From: Lophium mytilinum
Lineage: Eukaryota
Assembly (NCBI GenBank): GCA_010093605.1
Contig: MU004196.1
Coordinates: forward strand, 1,386,606 to 1,450,605
Reading direction: 5' to 3'
Length of the DNA: 64,000 bases
Under the pieces are notes generated by a model that was given only the letters and a program-made list of their open reading frames with translations, was not told where the DNA came from and ran no database searches. Both the position numbers and the translations under genes were made by a program. Positions 23,044 through 32,438 of the stretch are shown here, one piece after another (positions within the stretch are counted from its first letter, which is position 1; every line of letters begins with the position of its first letter).

Positions 23044-23936
23044 TCACCTTGCCCAGTAGATGGGCGCCGGGCTGTGTTGTGAGGTTAGTCAAAGGTGTTC
23101 CGATGAGGGGCTGGATTGGGGGGGACGTACATGACGGCCGGCAGGGCGGGCACCGGGGGGATTGGAGAGGAAGAGCTGCCTCAATGTCAATGGTTGTTCT
23201 GTGCTCGAAAGGGTTTGTGGAAGGGCGTACCGCGCCGGTGGTGGAGGTGAGCGAAGCCTCCTACGAGGCGCTCGCTCCGGCGCTGAGGGCGGAGAGGTCG
23301 GGGCCCGAGGGAGGGGAGGAGCCGGCCTAATTTGGTCAGTTGTTGCTCTTTTGTCTCAAATGGGGGGGGAGTTGACTTACGCCGGGCGCGTCGGCATTGG
23401 CGGCGCTGGAGGCGCAGGCCTGGATATGTCAGTCGTTGCTCTTCTTCTCGTATTAGTGGTGGAGTGCACTTACGCAGGCCGGGTCGGCATTGGCGGCACG
23501 GGCCGCGCAGGTCTGCGTTATGTCAGTTATTGCTCTTCATCTCTCCATTATGGGTGACTTACGCCGGGCGGGTCGGTGCAGGCGGGGCAGCCAGGACCAG
23601 CCTGAATATGTCAGTTACTGCTCTTCTTCTCTCGGTTGTGCTATAGTCTTACGCAACGCGGGAGGGAGCTAGCGGCTCGTTGGCCCTCATGGCCCGGAAG
23701 AGGTCCACCTCAACGGCGGTGTCCTCGAGGACGTCACCCCTCGAGGACCCGCGAGCCATATGCCCAGCGAGGGCGCGCAGCTCGGCCTCGGGCAGATCCT
23801 GTGAGTTTTGTTAACAGTTGTCCTTGAAGCGGCTGCAGACTGCTGGTTTGCTCGTCCCAATCGGGACGCAGTGACCGCAAAGAGAGGAAGATCTTACAGG
23901 ATAGATAGATCGGGACGGGGCGCGGCCGTCGGACAT
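23044..23936 (-). CDS. Proline-rich protein, 156 aa, 8 exons including three tandem 39-nt exons
   Basis: Exons 23936-23898, 23798-23653, 23601-23563, 23512-23474, 23419-23381, 23326-23231, 23175-23131, 23071-23044. All 7 introns have GTAAG/GTACG donors, branch-like YTRAC and YAG acceptors. Splices to MSDGRAPSRSIYPDLPEAELRALAG...LVLAAPPAPTRPAPARPVPPMPTRPAPAPPAPPMPTRPAPAPPLPRAP...PAPIYWAR*. Confidence 0.75.
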
Positions 23937-26480
23937 TGTGGCAGCAATTGTGTTTATTTGGGGGTTATGGAGGTTTTGTGGCTGTCGGACGGAGGAGGAA
24001 AGCTATCACGAGGCGGGCGGATATAGATGAAGGATATCTCTTGGCACTGTCACGCGCTAACTTGCCACACTAGGCCTATTTAGGCAGACGACGGGATAGT
24101 GAGGGTGCTACACCGTTCTTCGCGTGACCTGTTGCCTCAGGGGCCTGCAAATCAGCAGGTAGAATTAATGCTAGAGCAGTGGTGGGCGGAATTGGCTGTA
24201 CAGGATGAACGCACTGCGAGGTATTTATGCACGTTGGAGGATCTCAGGCCAACGCCAAAAGCTTCAAAAGCGAAGCTTTGCATGCATCTAGATTAAAGGC
24301 ATGTGAATTGACCCCAAGAACAGGTTCACTATTGTGCTGGATCACTGTTACAGCTTGCTAGGAAATTGAATTTACCCACACCACGATGAAGAACTGTCAT
24401 GAACGTTCGATTCCCTGAAGGTCTTCAGTCTTTTGTCGAAGATGACAGTCAAAGCTGGCCTACATATCGCTTCCTGCGCGACAGGCGATGTTACACTTCT
24501 CCTACCACTCTCCCTTGACGTCCCTGCCGGGTGCAGCGTCCTAGATCCCTGTGGTTTCCCCTCTCTTATGGCTGCTTTCCTCCCGAGCCTCGCACTTCCC
24601 TTCGGTGTCTTGTTCCTCGGCTGCGGTTCGCATTTCTTCCTGTCGCTCTAGCCCCGATTGTGTGGCCCCGTTCTCGAGAGTTTCTTCGACGGGTGGAGTG
24701 CTTGCGGAGTCGTTGTGGGCAAAGTCCTCGATGACCTGAGGCGTCGAAGGAAGTAACCGGAGTTGGAGAGCCGTAGCTAACGCGTCGGGCGCACTACACA
24801 TTCTTCTCCTGTTGAATTGCTGGCCGTAGCATCTGAAGTATAGCAGAACGCAACGTTGGGTGCATGAGTGATTCTGTGCGCTACGGGCAGTGATTGGAGG
24901 AGGTGATTGCTATGATCTGGTAGCCCTGTCTGAGCACATTAGCGAGGCATGATGGTGGTGAATCGTATGAAAGTACCGCGGTGCTGAGGATGATAATGGC
25001 TGAGTGTTGATGGTGGATCAGAAGAACACTCGTTGGTGGTGGAGCAGAGAAGCATTCGTTGATGATGCAGGAGACAAGAATCCTTCGATGATGGAGTAGG
25101 GAGTAGCCGTCGATGATGGACGGAAGAATCAGCCGTTGGTGAATATGAGTGTCGTGAGCGTGGTGATGAATGACATCCCGATTATAGCGTGGATGAGAAA
25201 AGAAGCCGTTGGTGGTGGCTGAGAGCATCATCGACTCCAGCGCGAATGAGCATCAACATGGCGTCGATGAAAGTATCTCCATTGAGGATGAGTAGGATGA
25301 GCAGCCCTGGAAAATGACAGGAAGATCTGCCGTGCACACCACGCAGAAATGGGCCTGAGGCTAGAGGAATGAGGAGAATCGCCATGTCCATGAGGGAATC
25401 CTGGCTGTCCATATCACACCGGAAATGCTTCCGAGATTTTCCAAGCCTGTCGAGCCTCCTATGGTTGTTCCCGCGAGCATTCAGTAGCCTCTGAGAGATT
25501 AGATTCCTGCTCGAAGGGTCAGCCCAATGTTCATGATGTTCCGGACGCCCATTTGCTACTCACCGCGCAACAAAAGTGTAGCCCTGTGAGCATCTCTCAC
25601 CCGGACTCGTCCCAACGGATCCTCTCCCGCTACGCTATCCCTGGGTACGGCGCTGTCGAGTTTGGAGTTTGCGTAGAAGTTCGGTGTGATCACCAAGCCC
25701 TTTAGACTCTTCCACTTCGTCAATCTTCTCGCGCACAATGCAGGGGCTGGTTGTGAAGGCCTTGGAGTCCCAAAGAACCGATCAGGATAGTCGTAGCTTC
25801 ACCGCTTCGTCCCGACAATGCTAGTCTCGAGTCGAACGCTCATCTTGCCAGCTTTTTCCAACTGGTTGAACGATTTGGTAGAAATCATATCGATTTTCCC
25901 CGGCGTCGGCCTCGAGCACAGTCTTCCAGTCTGCAGTTTTGGATCCACCGCGTCCTCTTCCCCTCAGATTCCGGCTTGTGTGGGTTTCGCAATGGCTGGA
26001 GAGCGTCAAGACATGCCTGTTTCCACCTCATTCGGGGCGAGCCATCTTTAGGCGCGTCTTGAGCTTCGCAGAAACTGGGGGACGCGGCGGCAGTGTGACG
26101 TCAGGCACTGCAGACTGAGCACAACACTACACGACTGCAGCGGCTCGCGAGGAGGGACGACGCTGATGACGCGACGAGCAGCAGCGGCGCTATTCTGACG
26201 AGGACGTGAGAAGAAACAAATGTAGGCAGGCTTGCCCTAGCCTCCATAGAAGCAGATGATGGAGAGTTAGGTTGACGGTAAGGTCCTGCAAGCTGGCTAC
26301 ATACCTCCGTGGGAGATGCCTCTCGCCGCTCTGAACAGTGGCCTGTTACCATCAGAGCGCCCTACATGCACGCGTACCGCAAGCTCATCGACGCCTATCC
26401 ATCATCATCAAGCTTGAACAACTCCTAAATCTACCCAGCTTCGAGCAGCAAACGGAGACTCAAGCAGATGCACCAAGCAG

Positions 26481-26528
26481 TTTCTTCTTCGACCACCCGG
26501 ACAAGCCGAGCCAATCAATGAAAAAAAG
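26481..26528 (-). ncRNA. Conserved hairpin motif copy 2
   Basis: Minus strand CTTTTTTTCA-TTGATT-G-G-CTCGG-CTTGT-CCGGG-T-GGTCGA-A-GAAGAAA. Confidence 0.55.
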
Positions 26529-26762
26529 TGTTGTCCTCCCGCCAGGTGGTGGTCAAGGCCGCCTGACAAGAGGGAGTTTCCAAAATTTCCCGTAAGACCC
26601 GAAGGCCTCACGAAGTTCCCCAAGGCCGAAGCCAAGGGGAGTGTGAGTAGTTCAAAATTTTAAGCAAATAAAATTAGCACCCCCTGCACTGGAGAAAAAA
26701 GAAGAGGGTTCAAGGAGAGAGCTCGCGGTCTTGTACTCGGCGGAAATCGCGCGGCGAGGTGC

Positions 26763-26791
26763 TGACTCATCAGCGCTAGACCGTTTAACCG
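26763..26791. promoter_or_regulatory. Conserved box copy 2 (TGACTCATCAGCGCTAGACCGTTTAACCG)
   Basis: Matches 586-618 and 31683-31714. Lies about 235 bp from hairpin copy 2. Confidence 0.5.
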
Positions 26792-28188
26792 AGCGATTTA
26801 CATAGGTGGAGCTTGGGTAGTAGGTCTGCTTAAATCGTGTAGAGATGCGGCCGGAGTGCCGCGGCTTGCGGGAGATTGACGCAAGTGACGTAGCTGGGCG
26901 TAGCTTCGTAAATTAGTGAGCCAGAGCACAGCAGCTCCGCAACTGGCATTGAGTTTTCGGCACCCCTTCAGTAGAGCGGTGGCTGCGACGTCTTTGGATT
27001 TTTCGGGCCAAGACTTCATATACTTTTTCAAGGGGCAATTACGCATTGAATGCATAAGATGAGGATTTTACCATCGACACAGATGCAGCTATAAGTGTCT
27101 GAGACGGCAGCAGATGAACATAGTACAAGGAGCTCCTAAGATTCCACAACTTGAAACGGCATTCAAAAGGCCCAAGAACAAGCATATCCGAACGATCTAA
27201 CCCATAAAGCCCACTCAAGCAGCAGCAACTTTGCGTCCTTGACCTCGAATGCCAGCCCCTTGCCACCAACTCCCTTGGTCTTCTCTTCTCCATCTCTGTG
27301 TAGCCCCAGCGCCTCAAGGTAACGCAGGCAGAGTATATTCCGGACTTTCAGTGATCTAATCCAATCGCAATGATCTGGTAGGAGCAACAGTCTACCGTGA
27401 CACGGTTCAACGGTGCCACCATCACGAGCGCGACGCCTGCGATCACCCTGCTATTTTAGACCGGCGTGTAGCGTTGTGGGTCCAGGCTTTGTAGTCGAGG
27501 GTTTTGCAAGAAGAAGTAGGGCTCGCTCTGAGCGTCTAGGTGGCGGACAGATCATCTTGATGCCTCTTGCGATAAATGACAGCCTGCGGAGATGTTTTGC
27601 GCTTCATAAACGCAAGACTACTACCCTCGTTCAGTACTTCTCCGCCAAGTGGCATCTGTCCTACCTAGTCATTGGCTGTATGAAGCCATGCAGGTTAGGA
27701 CCGGCTATCGGGTCAGTAGGAGGCGGGTGAGCCTCGATTCGGGCTCCGTTGGTCGCGAAATGACGCCTCTTCGCGTCGCGTTTCCTAGCGCTAGTGCGGT
27801 GTTTTTTGACTCAGGTCCTTCCAATTCCTCGTCCTTCTCATTGTGATGGGATCCAAGCCGTGCGAAAGGTCGTTTTTGTGCGCGCTATCGCTGCGAGAAG
27901 CGTCGCCGTGGACGTTGGGGCCGAGAGGAAACGTGTCGCCGGAAGATTTGTCCTTGCCGAGAAGTTTAGGTTGTTGAGAAGCTTGGGCGTGAGCGTCAAT
28001 TCCACGAATGTCGCGGAGAGTGCCATCTGCAAGAGCATCGTGGTCGTGTCGGAGAGCGCCTTCGCCGTTGTTGTATTCTTGAGAGTCATCCGTGCTTTCC
28101 TGCTAACTTCAACTTCGTGAGTAAGGTTGGACTGGGGCCTTCGTTAGGCGCCTCCTCTTGGGCTTTGAGGAAATTCTCGCATACTTAC

Positions 28189-28357
28189 CACATATGGCAC
28201 TCATCGAAGCTTCTGCCAGGATCCAGGCAAGTGTATTCCACCAACCAGAAAAGAAGCCAATAGTACGGCCATACCTCCTCCCCGGAGTCATTGATGCCCA
28301 GAGATATGGTCCGGCGGACGATGGCACTGAGTTCGTTGGCATGTCTGCAACAGAGAT
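28189..28357 (-). pseudogene. Isolated fragment of an APC-superfamily amino-acid permease (choline/GABA, Hnm1/Uga4-like)
   Basis: VPSSAGPYLWASMTPGRRYGRTIGFFSGWWNTLAWILAEASMSAICG matches the conserved P-S-x-G-x-Y-x-W..G-R-x-x-G-F-F-x-G-W-W-N-x-L-A-W segment and ends at a GTAAGT donor. The rest of a ~500-aa permease is not visible. Confidence 0.65.
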
Positions 28358-31096
28358 GAGACGGGCTGCAGCGGCTTTCTTGCGGTATAGGCCGAGGTGG
28401 TGCACCAGGACGGCGAAATGGAAACGTTTGTTGAGAATGCTACCGATTGCTTCTTGGGTTTTCCGGTTCGCAGTACGGCATATCCCCAGCGATGGAAGAG
28501 GCCGCAGTTCCGGAGGGTGCTATGCGTTGGCCCAGCTGTTTTTGTGTTTGGGATTTCCACTGGAATACAACAGCCAGGTTGACCTCAGCAACTTTCCCCC
28601 AGCGAGTAGGCAGGCGTGTAGGCCCAAGACGCCAGATTTAGATCACTACGTCGAACGTATCAGTTCCTTCCGTGTCATCATTCTCGGAGAGGGAGTCCTC
28701 CGTGCCAAATAGTTATTAGGATGGACTTTCTAGTGAAGATATGTACGCACCGGAGTTACCGTCAGTGCAAAGGTGTTGTTGGGGGACGTCGGGCTGGCGC
28801 TGCTGGCGGTGGTGGTGCCGAGCTCGGGTTTTGGCGGTACGGCGGCGGCGGCGGCTGCTGCTGTCGTGAGGATGGGGACGGGGTCCTGGGGAGGAGCAGC
28901 TGTCGCCGGCGATGGTGGTGGTGTAGCTAGAACTGGAGCTGGAGGATGTTGGAAGAGGACGGGGGCCGTCGAGACGGCCGCCGCTGAGGCCTTTGCCAAT
29001 TCGGCCTGCTTCGCCTCTTGCTTCGCCTTTGCCCTCGACCTACCTGGGCTGCTTGGTCGACAGTGCGCCAGGCACTCTAGGGATGACGAGGGTACTAACA
29101 AATGCGGTCGGTAACCAATCACGCGCTTCTAACTGAAACGAGTGGAGCACAGGTTTCCTTGGGACTTTCGCTCCTCCAAGTAGGGCTCTAAAAGCTCCCG
29201 GATTGAGCAAGACCGTTGTGGCGGCGCCCGTAATAGACTAATAAGCTACTGTGTCGGTGGGCTTTGCTGTTGCCGGTTGACGCAAGGGCCAACATCCTGG
29301 TGGTGTCTTTGAGGAGCGGACGTTGGTCCTTTTCCAACGCGTGACCCGTTCTGTGGCGACGAGGAAGCCGGCCGAATGCTTGAATAGGTACGAGGGCGCT
29401 GTCCTTCAATCAGACACAACGGGGCGGGCAATCTCTGCAGAGTAGACAGAGCTCAGAGTGATCATAACTCAACAGACCTCGCGCCCTTCTTTCCATACCA
29501 GCATGAGTAACCTGCAGCCCCCACAAACGCGCTGTCCACGTCAAGAAGGTCGCGGCTGACGACGCGGCGTTGGCGGATAGAGCGGCGGTCGTGGCAGGAT
29601 TCGCTGCCGGAGAGTTTTGAAGTACTCAGCCAAACCTAGACGGCTCCCAAGGAATCAGGCGTGTTTCCTACTTACGCTCATTGGACGATGATTGAGGTTA
29701 GTATGAGGGCGCGGCCGAAAGCAAAGTCCTTGAGGGAAATCTTGATGAAGGCTCCTGCGGAGGGCAAAGCTCTCCGGATATCCGTGTCGGGGGTCTCGGT
29801 CGCTCGAAGAGTGGCTTGTAATTTCCCCAAGTTGAAAGCATCGAGAAAGGGGGAAAGAGGGGATATGGGTGCTCTTCCGCTTGATGCTGTCGATCTCGGT
29901 CGACAGGACGGAATCTACGGCTGTCAGTGCTGCTGTTGGATACCGAGAGACGTAAAGGGGGCTGTAGATGTTTGCGTACTCCGACTCATCTGTAGGACGA
30001 TAGTTGGACACCAGGTATGAGATCAGCAAGCCTGCCACATTCCAAGAAGCTCCACATCACCCGAAGCCGTGGTCGGCCTGGCTCTCCCGCCGGGAAGGTA
30101 TCCCGACCAGACAAGCCTGTGAAAATCCGCACCATTTGCCCGTAGACATGATCAGCCTGGCTCTCTTGTGGGGAAGACGCAGGAGATGATCGTTCCCCCG
30201 ACACCCGCCTCTGGTGACAGGTTGTTGATTATAGGTGTTTCGTTGGAGCGACATCCGGTGGCTTTCGAGCGAGTTGTATCCTCTTCCTAATGCATCATCG
30301 TTTCCATCTTCCTTCACGGCTTCGCCGTGCAGAGTGACTCGTTTTCGCAGGCCGGAGAGTGGCGATGTAGGAGGAGGCCAAGTCGGAGGATAAGCAATGT
30401 CGCTGGGGTGGCTTTATCAGGTGATGGTGGGGCCTATTCGATTATTGACATGTCGGCGTGAGACTAGTATGAGCAGCGCCGGTCGCGAGGGCGTGTGTTT
30501 GATGAGATGAAGCAGTTCTGCTCCATCTGAGATGGTTTTCGAGTTTGAGGTGGCTAGAATTTCGAGATTCAAGCCCCCGAGTCTGTGGGGAGGCGACCGG
30601 CCTCACTTCACATAATCTGTGGCCAGGAGAGAGCGCAGGCAGGCATAGCCGCTGCGTACCCACAGCCGATCATATGAATCCTCTGCATGTATATATAGTG
30701 CATCTATGCAGCTGTTTGAGCGCCTTGTGAGGCCTCGCCGGTGGCGCTCCACGCTGGGCTTCCGGGGCTTCAAAATCCCTGGGTGGGCGACCTCGGCCAC
30801 CTTGGAGCTGCCGCGCTGCTTTCTAAACGCGTTTTTCCCAATGATAAAGAGGGACACCCAGATATGCAGGTAGATTCATCATGTTACGATTGCGCTGCTG
30901 AAGGAGAGACGCGGTCGCGTTGTGGTCGCAGAGACTTCGCAGTCGCCTTCGACCAGCTCAAAACACCACAACAAAAGGCATCAGATCGATGAGAACGCCG
31001 CTAAGAAGTATAAGACCATGCAAATAACGAGAAAGGTCTACATGTCCAGTTTCAATCAAACTCTTCTCGCCAAAGCTCAAGCACAACACCACCAGG

Positions 31097-31144
31097 TCTC
31101 TTCTTCAATCTCCCGCACAAGGCGAGACAATCAATGAAAAGAAG
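31097..31144 (-). ncRNA. Conserved hairpin motif copy 3
   Basis: Minus strand CTTCTTTTCA-TTGATT-G-T-CTCGC-CTTGT-GCGGG-A-GATTGA-A-GAAGAGA. Confidence 0.55.
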
Positions 31145-31363
31145 TGCTCAAAGACCGGACCAGCAGAAACTATGCCTGTTAGGCCCTGGTATGATAGCAG
31201 AGGTCCTCAAGCGTTGTGCAATACAACGGAACACGATACATGAGGTTGGCCACCCCAACAAGGTACCTAAGCAGGGCGTGTTGTGGACGCGTCACGTCAT
31301 AGGTACAACAACAAGGCGGGTCCAACCACCAAAGCGTAGGCAGAGATGCCAAAGGCAGAGAAG

Positions 31364-31409
31364 CTTCTTCTTCGAAGACCCAGACAAGCTGAGCAGTTCA
31401 ATGAAAAAG
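31364..31409 (-). ncRNA. Conserved hairpin motif copy 4
   Basis: Minus strand CTTTTTCA-TTGAAC-T-G-CTCAG-CTTGT-CTGGG-T-CTTCGA-A-GAAGAAG. Confidence 0.55.
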
Positions 31410-31649
31410 AGGTTGAAGAGATATCTCATTCGAGTTTTGGTTCCAAAAATTCCCTGCCGATCCGAAGACCAGCAGGAGCAGGTCAGCTGTAGTTTTCAGC
31501 TAGCAAATACACAGGCTCGGACGGATCCTCACTGCCTTGCGTTATGCCCTGAGAAGATGTTAGTGATGAGGAACTGTGGAAAGGATGGGGTGGAGTGGAC
31601 TTACCATGCACTAGGATGAGGAAAAAGATTGGAGCCAGAGGGGGACTGG

Positions 31650-31714
31650 GCTTATATAGGGAAAATCAGACTCGCCAAGCTAGGATGACTCATCAGCGCT
31701 AGTCCGTTTAATCG
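31650..31714 (-). promoter_or_regulatory. Conserved box copy 3 plus TATA-like element
   Basis: GGATGACTCATCAGCGCTAGTCCGTTTAATCG at 31683-31714. Minus-strand CCTATATAAG at about 31651-31660, followed by a canonical 56-bp intron (31604-31549). Confidence 0.5.
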
Positions 31715-32438
31715 TGCCTCTCTCCGTGGAATCTGGCGGAATCTGGCGGAAGGTAGCCTTAGGGGTGAAGCCGCTTCCACTGTGGCCTGCTGTCCAGCGA
31801 CCGGCGGCGTGTCTCGGCTCCGAGTGTTCCCCAGGTGTGCCTCACAGCTCTGGCTCCTACTGCCTGGGTTGGTCCGAAGCCACTGGAAGGCGCACCTACA
31901 CGACGTGTCCTCCAGAGACTACAGCGGTCTGAGATAGCTCCACCCATTCATCGAGCTCGGAGACATGAGAATTTCCAGTAACCGCGTTTGGTGTTCTACT
32001 TCTTTCGAACGCTTCAGAGCGTAACGTTACACCTTCATCTTCCTCAGGGTTGAGCACCCAGTCTCTTCTCAGTCCAAAGGTTTGAGTTTGGAAGGCCTTG
32101 CCTCAGTGTCGAGACCAGCCATTGTTCGATACACAAGATATCAGTCGGTGGGCAGGAGCGGGATAGTCTCTGTTTATAATTCCTAAGTGGCGAGCGGGAG
32201 ATCGGGTGGGCCTGGAAAAGGGTTTTTGTCCACGTGTGCATGATAGCTAGCATGAGCGTAGTGAAAGCAACATCTTCGTTTGAGGCATGGAGACGGCGCG
32301 AGGCTCACACCACTAGAAGAGCAGCGTTTCTTCTCTTTTTTGGAGTTCTCATTCCACATCCGGAGATCGATCGTCTCTCCAACCGTGACTCTTGGAAGTA
32401 TACAAATCTGATTCCAGTTCGCAAAACATGGATACCTT

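Noticed and set aside
24881..26350. GAT-rich degenerate repeats and stop-interrupted ORFs
   Set aside because: No stable period or recognisable protein family.
26763..26791. Minus-strand CTGATGAG in the conserved box resembles a hammerhead ribozyme core
   Set aside because: No stem II plus GAAA follows in any copy, and the copy at 586-618 reads TTGATGAG.
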